Below are positions 1 to 7,187 of a stretch of 20,000 nucleotides of DNA, in pieces. Location: the IMG/VR virus record IMGVR_UViG_3300024319_000011, one strand, 5' to 3'. Both the position numbers and the translations under genes were made by a program. Under the pieces are notes generated by a model that did not search any database, was not told the origin of the DNA, and worked only from the letters and a program-made list of their open reading frames with translations. This DNA comes from an uncultured virus (IMG/VR IMGVR_UViG_3300024319_000011) (taxonomy: Duplodnaviria > Heunggongvirae > Uroviricota > Caudoviricetes). Positions within the stretch are counted from its first letter, which is position 1. The number at the start of each line of letters is the position of its first letter.

Positions 1-144
1 TCTGCTATCAATATTTTTGAACAGATTGATAATCTATACGATTCTGAAGCGGCAGAAGATTTACAGCGTAAGTTTGTTAACGCAATTAAATCAAGAGACC
101 CTAAAAAGTTTTCCCGATCAGTGAGACGTAAAGATGAAGATTAA
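1..144 (+). CDS. 3' end of a hypothetical phage protein (partial, 5' truncated)
   Basis: Frame 1 is open from base 1 (SAINIFEQIDNLYDSEAAEDLQRKFVNAIKSRDPKKFSRSVRRKDED) to TAA at 142-144, overlapping the next start at 134. Confidence 0.75.
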   Translation, partial: SAINIFEQIDNLYDSEAAEDLQRKFVNAIKSRDPKKFSRSVRRKDED

Positions 145-664
145 TGAAATTGTTCAAGAAGGTATACTAGATAACCTTAAAGGTAAAATTGGTAGATACC
201 AAAATGCTCAGGCAATGAAGCAAGCTGGTGTACTTGGTGCACGTGCCTGGAAAAAGTACCTTGCTGGTTTAGAAGCCGCAAATGACTACAACGAAATACA
301 ACCAGGACTAGTTAAAACACATTTACGTAATTGGATTGATCAATCATTATTCGGAAGGTATAGTTTAAATACTGCACCTGGCCCGATACAGCAAAGCGTC
401 AATGCTTTTATTGGACAACTTGCTCAAGATCCTAAAGATACTACTAAGTTAGAAAAAGCATTTTCTGCAATTCTTAACCAAACACGTAAGATGCAGTTAG
501 ACCCAGGTGCAAAATCTACACAACAAAAACCAGTTGCTGGCGGCAAACAAATATGTGACCAACCAACAAAACAAATTGGTAATTCATTATTTGTGTGCGG
601 ACAAGAAATAAAACAAGGCGATCCAGGATATGATGAGCTTGTTAAAAAACTGGGCGTAGAATAA
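134..664 (+). CDS. hypothetical protein, probable capsid-internal/processed protein
   Basis: 176-aa ORF tightly packed with its neighbours. The N-terminus MKINE-IVQE-G resembles T4-type prohead protease (I/L)-x-E sites. Confidence 0.75.
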   Translation: MKINEIVQEGILDNLKGKIGRYQNAQAMKQAGVLGARAWKKYLAGLEAANDYNEIQPGLVKTHLRNWIDQSLFGRYSLNTAPGPIQQSVNAFIGQLAQDPKDTTKLEKAFSAILNQTRKMQLDPGAKSTQQKPVAGGKQICDQPTKQIGNSLFVCGQEIKQGDPGYDELVKKLGVE

Positions 665-665
665 C

Positions 666-2465
666 ATGCAAATAATCGAAGGCGGAAACGTATTTAAAGA
701 TGAGAAAGGTACAGCGTTAACTAAACGTATCAATCTTGTCGACGTTAAGCCCACTGTTAAGTATTTAGAATCGTTAACAGGACTTTCCCTACTAGATAAC
801 ATGCTAGGGTCAACAGGCAAAAAACCTACATCAGGTGACTTAGATCTTGCAGTAGATGCAAAAAAACATACCAAAGATGAAGTATACAACAAATTAATTG
901 CAAAAGGTGCAAGTCCCCAGGACGTTGCTAAATCAGGCGACTCAGTCCATTATAAGTGCCCAATCAACGGTGATCCAATGAACGGATATGTGCAAGTTGA
1001 CTTTATGTTTGGTGATCCTAAATGGCAACAATTTGCATTAAATGCAAGTTCTGATTCAGAATTTAAAGGTGTACACCGTGCAATACTATTAGCTAGCATT
1101 GCCAAAGCAAGAGGTATGAAATGGTCATACAAATACGGACTAGTATCAAGAGAAACAAATAAAGTTATTTCAAATGATCCAGATGAAATTGCAAAAATGC
1201 TAATAGGCGGAACACGTAAAGATCTAGCAAGTGTAGAAACAATTATTGCACAAGCACAAAAGAACAACGACTATGAAGAACTAGTAGCAGACGCAAGAGA
1301 ATACTTTGCTAAGGATGGACTACAATTTGAATCAACAGAAGTTAATTGGATTGCTCGTACAAGAGATAGACTTATTAATCAAGGTATGCAGGTTATTACA
1401 GAAGCGGCTCGTATTGAACATCCTGAAGATATGATCTTTGATAGTGGAAGCCAAGGTGCATTAAAAGCTGTTACTGATTTAAAAACATTACCGCAAAAAG
1501 CCAAAGACATTACAATTAAATGGGACGGTAAGCCAGCAATTATATTTGGACGTGATGAAGATGGCCAGTTTGTATTAACAGATAAGTCAGGCTTTACAGC
1601 TAAAACATATCAAGGACTAGCACGTTCTCCAGAAGAGCTAGAAAAAGTAATGCAAATGAGAGGCGGCGATCGTACAGAATTAATTAACATGTACAAAGCA
1701 CTATGGGCACCATTAGAAGCACAGACACCAAAATCAATGACAGGTTATCTCAAAGGTGATTTATTATATACAGGTACTCCAAGCAAACAAGGAAACAAAT
1801 ACGTGTTTACACCAAACACTGTTACATACTCAGTTGATGCAGATACTGACTTAGGTAAACAGATTGGAACTAGTAAAGCAGGTGTAGCAATACATACACG
1901 TTTAACTGACCCACAAGATGCAGGAACACCGTTCTATGCAGTAGAACAACTGCCAACAGGCCCTGTGTTATTTGTAGGACCTAAAATGAAAGATACGCCT
2001 AAGGTAGATATACCAACAGATAGATTAGAACAAATTGAAAAAACAGTTAAGGCTAGCCAAGGTGCTATTGATGCTTTCTTTTCACCTAACAACCTACGTG
2101 AGATACAGATGGCAAACTTACCAGCTTTAATGAAACAGTATGCCAACTTTAAAGTTAGAGAAGGTAACTTTGATAACATGGCTGAAAACTTTTTAGCATG
2201 GGCAACAACTAAAGTAAGTGCACCTAAAGCACAAAGACTAGAACAATATATTAACAATAATATGAAGATAGTAGAATTAATATTTTCTATCTTTAAGGCC
2301 ATTGCTGTTATTAAGACACAGGTAGTTAGAGCGTTAGATCAACAAGGCGGTGGTATAACAGCATCAATAGATGGCGAGTCAGGGCATGAAGGTTATGTAG
2401 CAGGTGGACTTAAATATGTTGATCGTTTAAGATTTTCAAAATCAAACTTTGCGAAGAATGTATAA
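666..2465 (+). CDS. two-domain protein: N-terminal Pol-beta-superfamily nucleotidyltransferase plus C-terminal KxDG ligase-like (DUF6267-like) domain
   Basis: LGSTGKKPTSGDLDLAVD matches hGSx(n)DhD (G48, S49, D58, D60), with a third Asp in VQVDF (D112). The C-terminal half has TIKWDGKPA (K285), LKGDLLY, HEGYV (E575) and LKYVDR, in the order of ligase motifs I, III, IV and V. Confidence 0.75.
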   Translation: MQIIEGGNVFKDEKGTALTKRINLVDVKPTVKYLESLTGLSLLDNMLGSTGKKPTSGDLDLAVDAKKHTKDEVYNKLIAKGASPQDVAKSGDSVHYKCPINGDPMNGYVQVDFMFGDPKWQQFALNASSDSEFKGVHRAILLASIAKARGMKWSYKYGLVSRETNKVISNDPDEIAKMLIGGTRKDLASVETIIAQAQKNNDYEELVADAREYFAKDGLQFESTEVNWIARTRDRLINQGMQVITEAARIEHPEDMIFDSGSQGALKAVTDLKTLPQKAKDITIKWDGKPAIIFGRDEDGQFVLTDKSGFTAKTYQGLARSPEELEKVMQMRGGDRTELINMYKALWAPLEAQTPKSMTGYLKGDLLYTGTPSKQGNKYVFTPNTVTYSVDADTDLGKQIGTSKAGVAIHTRLTDPQDAGTPFYAVEQLPTGPVLFVGPKMKDTPKVDIPTDRLEQIEKTVKASQGAIDAFFSPNNLREIQMANLPALMKQYANFKVREGNFDNMAENFLAWATTKVSAPKAQRLEQYINNNMKIVELIFSIFKAIAVIKTQVVRALDQQGGGITASIDGESGHEGYVAGGLKYVDRLRFSKSNFAKNV

Positions 2466-3037
2466 TGGACTTTATTAAAGAATTAATTGAATCAAGAATG
2501 TATCGTAGACTTGAACAAGTTAAAGGTACTGATGTGGCTACAATAGGCAGTCTAGTGTTTGATCACATGTTAATGTTAAGAGTTTTATATTATATTGATA
2601 AAAAGAAAGCACAGCGGTATGCTAAAGATACAATGAAACAACAAAACTTTAGTGGCTTTAGACAGTCAATGACTGACTTATATAATTTCTTAACACTGGT
2701 TATTAGTCAACGTCAATATGCAGATAAGCTATTCAATGATTGGGATATTGTTATTCCAGAATTAAGAATCAAACGTGTTCTACGTGCTGTTGCAGATGGC
2801 GACATGGACGAAAGAGATTATGATTCGTTATTACTATTGTTAAGCAGACGTATTAAAAACTTAACCGGAGACCAAATGTGGTTACGTAGACTAGTGCAAG
2901 ACTGGCAAAAACGTATCAGCAGAATGGACCAGACACAAGCAATGACTCGTATACTACAAACAGTTAGACGTCCTATTAATACTGACTTGTATATGGCATT
3001 GCAATCATCAAGTAAAGTAACTCCAACAAATACATAA
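2465..3037 (+). CDS. hypothetical protein, probable capsid-internal/processed protein
   Basis: 190-aa ORF coupled by TAATG overlaps at both ends. The N-terminus is MDFIKE-LIE-S. Confidence 0.8.
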   Translation: MDFIKELIESRMYRRLEQVKGTDVATIGSLVFDHMLMLRVLYYIDKKKAQRYAKDTMKQQNFSGFRQSMTDLYNFLTLVISQRQYADKLFNDWDIVIPELRIKRVLRAVADGDMDERDYDSLLLLLSRRIKNLTGDQMWLRRLVQDWQKRISRMDQTQAMTRILQTVRRPINTDLYMALQSSSKVTPTNT

Positions 3038-3279
3038 TGGCTAATTGGGCATACGTAATATTCGCCTGTGCTATGATAAATGGCGATCCACAATGTGATC
3101 CAGAACCTGTATCTATAGTTGATAACTTCACTACTGAAACAGCGTGTACTGTCTTTGCAGTATTGTCCACAACAATGATTAATGACGATATGTACAAACA
3201 AGGTATTACAGACAGTTGGGCAGTGCCATCACAGTGCCAGATTGTGCCCGGAGAAGCTGATAAATTCTTTGTATATTAA
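3037..3279 (+). CDS. small Cys-containing hypothetical protein, possibly exported
   Basis: 80-aa ORF with a TAATG overlap, a hydrophobic N-terminus (WAYVIFACAMI) and four Cys. Confidence 0.65.
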   Translation: MANWAYVIFACAMINGDPQCDPEPVSIVDNFTTETACTVFAVLSTTMINDDMYKQGITDSWAVPSQCQIVPGEADKFFVY

Positions 3280-3310
3280 TAAACTGTACTTAAAATAGTT
3301 GAATATTAGA

Positions 3311-3317
3311 CTAAATA
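3311..3317 (+). promoter_or_regulatory. T4-like late promoter box (CTAAATA)
   Basis: Intergenic TAAATA core at 3312-3317, upstream of RBS AAGGAG (3350-3355) and ATG 3364. Confidence 0.7.
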
Positions 3318-3363
3318 AGTGTAGGGAAAGAATAAATTCCCATATAACTAAGGAGATATTATT

Positions 3364-3615
3364 ATGGCAGTTTTAGCAGGTAAAGGAACAGTTTCACAAT
3401 CACAAGGCGTAGGTCCAAAAACTTACATCTATGCAATCACTACAGGTACAATTACAGTATCAGACGCATGTGACTCAATCACTACAACTTACTTCGGTAC
3501 AGTTGCGGCAGTTGAAGGTACAGCAGACGGCAACCATATTATGGTTCAAGGTGGACCAGGTGGTGCTGAAGCAGTTTCAGGTATTGCACTAGTAGCTACA
3601 TTCGCTAACGCTTAA
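3364..3615 (+). CDS. small Ala/Gly/Thr-rich protein, probably an abundant virion protein
   Basis: Strong RBS, its own late promoter and terminator, and use of C-ending TTC/TAC/AAC codons in an AT-rich genome, which suggests high expression. Confidence 0.75.
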   Translation: MAVLAGKGTVSQSQGVGPKTYIYAITTGTITVSDACDSITTTYFGTVAAVEGTADGNHIMVQGGPGGAEAVSGIALVATFANA

Positions 3616-3639
3616 TTGAGTTAGACTAGTACTAAATTA

Positions 3640-3670
3640 AAGAGCCCTACTTTTTTAAGTGGGGTTTTTT
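3640..3670 (+). terminator. intrinsic (Rho-independent) terminator
   Basis: GCCCTACT pairs with AGTGGGGT (including G-U pairs) and is followed by a T run, about 25 nt after the stop at 3615. Confidence 0.8.
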
Positions 3671-3676
3671 ATTGGG

Positions 3677-3683
3677 TTAAATA
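3677..3683 (+). promoter_or_regulatory. late promoter box (TTAAATA), probably giving a leaderless mRNA
   Basis: TAAATA at 3678-3683 lies directly after the terminator and 5 nt before ATG 3689, with no SD in between. Confidence 0.6.
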
Positions 3684-3688
3684 TCTAT

Positions 3689-3943
3689 ATGGAACAACAA
3701 GAACTGTTTAAGAAAGATACTACTCGTTGGATATATGAATCACCTGATGGTGGGTCAACTTTATATAGACGTAAAGCCAACGATCCTCATCACAAGCGTG
3801 AACTAGTTAAACAGTTAGATGATGAATTCAAAGATTATAGAGACTGGATGTATAAACAGGATTGGTCTGAGCTAAGTAAAAATTCAATGGTTAAAGAATC
3901 TATAGATAAGTTGAGAGTGCTGGTAGAACTTATAAAAGAATGA
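3689..3943 (+). CDS. hypothetical phage protein (WIYESPDGG motif)
   Basis: The ORF-track start at 3659 lies inside the terminator, so the in-frame ATG at 3689 is preferred. ATGA overlap with the next gene. Confidence 0.75.
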   Translation: MEQQELFKKDTTRWIYESPDGGSTLYRRKANDPHHKRELVKQLDDEFKDYRDWMYKQDWSELSKNSMVKESIDKLRVLVELIKE

Positions 3944-4359
3944 TCCGTTGTTACACATTAGTTGATATTACTCAGACCGGGTTTACTAGAAAGCCAAAAA
4001 CTCCTGAGCAGATTGTACAGCGTAATCAACAACGCAATTATGAAACATTTATACAGCTAATATCATTACGAAGCCAACCTCAACTAATTCACGCTCCGCA
4101 ACAAATAGAAAATATTGATATAGGCGATTATGAGTTTGGTAGCTATTATATGCCAAGTATTTTTCAATATAACCTATGGATATTTGATTTTAACAGTGAT
4201 CACCTAGACTCGTATGCTACAGTCAACAACCCTGTGGGAAGTTTAACTAACGATTTCAATAACATACCTATAATCAGCGGATTGTCGGAGACTGCCAGTA
4301 TACAAGGGGTTATAAGCACCCATGGTGAACACCTCAACACTTATTTTCAGTGTTTTTAG
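3940..4359 (+). CDS. hypothetical phage protein
   Basis: 139-aa ORF, ATGA-coupled to the upstream gene. Confidence 0.75.
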   Translation: MIRCYTLVDITQTGFTRKPKTPEQIVQRNQQRNYETFIQLISLRSQPQLIHAPQQIENIDIGDYEFGSYYMPSIFQYNLWIFDFNSDHLDSYATVNNPVGSLTNDFNNIPIISGLSETASIQGVISTHGEHLNTYFQCF

Positions 4360-4368
4360 ACTATTGTG

Positions 4369-4375
4369 ATAAATA
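4369..4375 (+). promoter_or_regulatory. late promoter box (ATAAATA)
   Basis: Intergenic, 10 nt after the stop at 4359, at the head of a roughly 120-nt non-coding leader. Confidence 0.7.
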
Positions 4376-4420
4376 AAAACAAGAACTAGTTTAACTAGTA
4401 ACAAAGCATTTACGATAACA

Positions 4421-4457
4421 TTTTATAGGCACAAACAGGCTACTTTTAGGCACAACA
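4421..4457 (+). repeat. short direct repeats: TAGGCACAA x2 plus a central AGGC
   Basis: TAGGCACAA at 4426-4434 and 4447-4455. AGGC cores start at 4427, 4437 and 4448. Confidence 0.75.
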
Positions 4458-4496
4458 TAGTAAGATTGCTTTAATATCCTATTGGAGAAAAAAGCA

Positions 4497-4754
4497 GTGA
4501 GTACTACTCGAATTGAGAAAGAGAATTTAGAAGCCCACGTAGAGTTATGTGCCGAGAGGTATGATGCGTTGGAAACTAAATTAGACACAGTTGAAGAAAA
4601 AGTAAGTTCACTTGAAACCAGTGTAGGCGAAATCAAAGATATGATTACTCATCTTGATAGACGTCGTTCCACACAGTTAATCACTTGGGCAGGTACAGCA
4701 ATTACAATGCTAATTGGCGTTGTTGGCTGGCTTTTAACAAAGTTTGTTTGGTAG
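4497..4754 (+). CDS. coiled-coil protein with a C-terminal transmembrane helix (holin/XhlA-like architecture)
   Basis: GGAG at 4484-4487 precedes an in-frame GTG at 4497. Heptad pattern LETKLDTVEEKVSSLETSV, then hydrophobic LITWAGTAITMLIGVVGWLL. The holin function is inferred from architecture only. Confidence 0.65.
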   Translation: MSTTRIEKENLEAHVELCAERYDALETKLDTVEEKVSSLETSVGEIKDMITHLDRRRSTQLITWAGTAITMLIGVVGWLLTKFVW

Positions 4755-4759
4755 TCACT

Positions 4760-5245
4760 ATGACTACAGAAACTTCCTTTCGTAAACTAAAATCTCTCAC
4801 TACTCATAGTCTACAAAGTCTTTCTGCAAATATTATCGTCAAAGTTAAAGATGATTATATAGTTTTTAATCGCTACAAAATTTCCCCAACAGATCATGGT
4901 TACTATGAAGTATATCGTAACGACACTTTAGTACACGAGTTTACAAATAGTCGTAATGCGTTAGCATGGTGTATACTAGAAAAGCATGCAAGGATAGAAG
5001 ATGCAAATAGCTTATTAGGTCAAGATAAAAAGATAGGGTGGCTTGAGCTAGATATTGATAGACAAACACAGATAATGAACACCACTCAAGATAATGATAG
5101 AAGAGCGTTGATGGCAACTAAAGTAACTAATAACATTCATGTAAGAGGTGATATTAAAATTAAGTTACAAGAGCAAATTGAATTGGCTAAATACTATCAA
5201 CAAAAAGGATTCGACAATGAAACTGCAAGAACTAGCAAAAAATAA
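4760..5245 (+). CDS. hypothetical phage protein
   Basis: An in-frame ATG at 4760, just after the upstream stop at 4754, is preferred to the overlapping start at 4685. Confidence 0.7.
   Translation: MTTETSFRKLKSLTTHSLQSLSANIIVKVKDDYIVFNRYKISPTDHGYYEVYRNDTLVHEFTNSRNALAWCILEKHARIEDANSLLGQDKKIGWLELDIDRQTQIMNTTQDNDRRALMATKVTNNIHVRGDIKIKLQEQIELAKYYQQKGFDNETARTSKK
5187..5193 (+). promoter_or_regulatory. late promoter box (CTAAATA) inside the upstream gene
   Basis: TAAATA at 5188-5193, then RBS AAAGGA at 5204-5209 and ATG at 5217. Confidence 0.6.
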
Positions 5246-6044
5246 AATAAAACAGGTTGGCAAAATCATGGAAGGCCACTTTAATCGAGATATTAATGTG
5301 TCAAAACTATCAATGGAACAAGCAAAAACATTGTTAGCTAAGACATCTAACATAGTTGCTGAAGTACAGTCTAGCATTAACAGACACACAAGTGAAAGTA
5401 ATCCAACATATCTCCAAGCACTAATGATGAAAGAAGCATTAGAAGCATATATTAAAGAAGGTACAGCTGAAACTAGAAATCCATATGCAGGCGGTACAGG
5501 AGAGCAAAAACATATTGCTCCAGGTGCAATGGCTCCAGCAGACATCAAAAAAGATGATGACGAAATGGAAGAAGCATGTGGCTCTACTCATAAAAAGAAA
5601 ATGAAAGAGTACGGTAAGAAAAAAACTTACGAAGCTAAACAAATTAACGAAGCAGACGTTGAAGAAGCTCAAGTAACATTAGCGGCTCAAGACGTAGTTG
5701 ATAGAATCCAAAAAATGTATGAAGATACAGCAGAAATGCAATATAAAGACTTACCTAACCTAGCACAAATGATGAAACAAGAGCTAGGCATTAATCAAAC
5801 ACAGGCATACTATGATGCAACTAACACAGCAATTTCAACACTAGTTACTGCATTAGAGCAAGCAAAGACAGACTTAGAAAGTGCAATGGCTCCAATCACA
5901 GGTGAAGAAACTATTAGCCCTGAAGAATTTACAGAACCAGAAGCAGATGTAGAAGATAACAGCACACCGCCAGAAATGGATGATGAAGAAGCAGTTATTG
6001 ACGCACCGGAACTAGATACAGATTTAGGCAGAGAAAGAAGATAA
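5217..6044 (+). CDS. acidic helical protein, probable prohead core/scaffold-like protein
   Basis: RBS-supported ATG at 5217 (MKLQEL...). Multiple (I/L)-x-E motifs (LQE, IME-G, IKE-G, INE-A), a Lys-rich patch and a very acidic tail ending LGRERR. Confidence 0.65.
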   Translation: MKLQELAKNKIKQVGKIMEGHFNRDINVSKLSMEQAKTLLAKTSNIVAEVQSSINRHTSESNPTYLQALMMKEALEAYIKEGTAETRNPYAGGTGEQKHIAPGAMAPADIKKDDDEMEEACGSTHKKKMKEYGKKKTYEAKQINEADVEEAQVTLAAQDVVDRIQKMYEDTAEMQYKDLPNLAQMMKQELGINQTQAYYDATNTAISTLVTALEQAKTDLESAMAPITGEETISPEEFTEPEADVEDNSTPPEMDDEEAVIDAPELDTDLGRERR

Positions 6045-6364
6045 TGAAACTATTTGAGGTATATGGTTCAGAGCATGAGCTAGCGGCCTTAGTTCAGTAT
6101 CTTATCAGCCGTTCAGAAGATTTAGGCACTAAAGGAAAAGTAGGAACAGAATCTTTTCTTAAAATGGCAGATAATTTAGGTGTTAATGTGTCGATGTCAC
6201 AACTACAATCAATGGCACAACGACAGCCATTAAGCAATATGATTGCAGATGTTAATCCACAGCATGTTAGTTTTGATTTAACAAGCACAAAGAATCCTAC
6301 AATGAGTGTTGATAAAGCACGTAAAACAGTTGACTCCATGGCAAAACGAGCGATGAAAAGGTAA
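6044..6364 (+). CDS. hypothetical protein, probable capsid-internal/processed protein
   Basis: TAATG-coupled 106-aa ORF beginning MKLFE-V. Confidence 0.75.
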   Translation: MKLFEVYGSEHELAALVQYLISRSEDLGTKGKVGTESFLKMADNLGVNVSMSQLQSMAQRQPLSNMIADVNPQHVSFDLTSTKNPTMSVDKARKTVDSMAKRAMKR

Positions 6365-6392
6365 ACTCAACATCAATCGTTGCTACTCCAGT

Positions 6393-6419
6393 AGCCCTAT
6401 CTTTTGGTAGGGCTTTTTT
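6393..6419 (+). terminator. intrinsic terminator closing the late module
   Basis: AGCCCTATC-TTTT-GGTAGGGCT hairpin followed by a T run. Confidence 0.85.
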
Positions 6420-6423
6420 ATGG

Positions 6424-6453
6424 TTGACATTCAGACAATAAATAGTATACAAT
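6424..6453 (+). promoter_or_regulatory. sigma70-type promoter (TTGACA-N18-TACAAT) with a nested late box ATAAATA (6438-6444)
   Basis: Perfect -35 TTGACA at 6424-6429 and -10-like TACAAT at 6448-6453. RBS TAAGGA precedes ATG 6481. Confidence 0.7.
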
Positions 6454-6480
6454 AATACAATGTATTAAGGAAAAATATAT

Positions 6481-6861
6481 ATGGCATATTCAGATAAAGT
6501 TTTAGATCATTATGAGAATCCAAGAAATGTTGGATCTTTAGATAAAGACAGTAAAGATGTAGGAACTGGCATGGTTGGCGCACCTGCTTGTGGTGACGTT
6601 ATGAAACTACAGATACAGGTAGAAGAAGGTGTTATCAAAGATGCCAAGTTCAAAACATATGGATGCGGTTCGGCTATAGCAAGTTCAAGTCTAGTAACAG
6701 AAATGTTAAAAGGTAAAACTATTGACCAAGCAGGTGATATTAAAAACTCAGCAATAGCAGAAGAACTAGCACTACCACCAGTTAAGATACATTGCTCTGT
6801 ACTAGCAGAGGACGCTATCAAATCAGCAATAATTGATTACAAAGAGAAGAATTCTAAATGA
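6481..6861 (+). CDS. iscU: Fe-S cluster scaffold protein IscU
   Basis: [41 protein letters not shown] and LPPVKIHCS give three Cys ligands plus the HscA-binding LPPVK motif. Confidence 0.97.
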   Translation: MAYSDKVLDHYENPRNVGSLDKDSKDVGTGMVGAPACGDVMKLQIQVEEGVIKDAKFKTYGCGSAIASSSLVTEMLKGKTIDQAGDIKNSAIAEELALPPVKIHCSVLAEDAIKSAIIDYKEKNSK

Positions 6862-7187
6862 TAACAGTAACAGAGTCAGCAGTAAAAAAATTAAAAGAAA
6901 TACTAGCAGAAGAAAACAACCCTGATCTTAAAGTTAGAATGTTTGTTAGTGGAGGTGGGTGCAGTGGTATGCAATATGGATTCACACTAGAAGATCAACC
7001 TGCAAATGAAGATGACTTTGATTTAGAAGTTGCACCAGGTGTACACATGTTAGTAGACGCAATGAGCGGACAGTATGTACAAGGTGCTGAAGTTGATTGG
7101 AAAGAGTCAGTACAAGGTGCACAGTTTGCTATTAGCAATCCTAACGCACAAACAAGTTGTGGATGTGGATCCAGTTTCTCAGTATGA
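6858..7187 (+). CDS. erpA: A-type Fe-S carrier, ErpA-like
   Basis: [34 protein letters not shown] and [16 protein letters not shown] fit the ErpA subfamily pattern. Confidence 0.85.
   Translation: MITVTESAVKKLKEILAEENNPDLKVRMFVSGGGCSGMQYGFTLEDQPANEDDFDLEVAPGVHMLVDAMSGQYVQGAEVDWKESVQGAQFAISNPNAQTSCGCGSSFSV

Noticed and set aside
366..2416. Intragenic TAAATA hexamers at 366-371 and 2411-2416 as late promoters
   Set aside because: The hexamer is expected by chance in AT-rich coding DNA, and the downstream genes are already tightly packed or coupled. Not supportable without TSS data.
3280..6480. tRNA or other known ncRNA genes in the intergenic gaps
   Set aside because: No cloverleaf or T-loop (GTTCRA) signatures were seen. 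The gaps are explained by promoters, terminators and the leader reported above.
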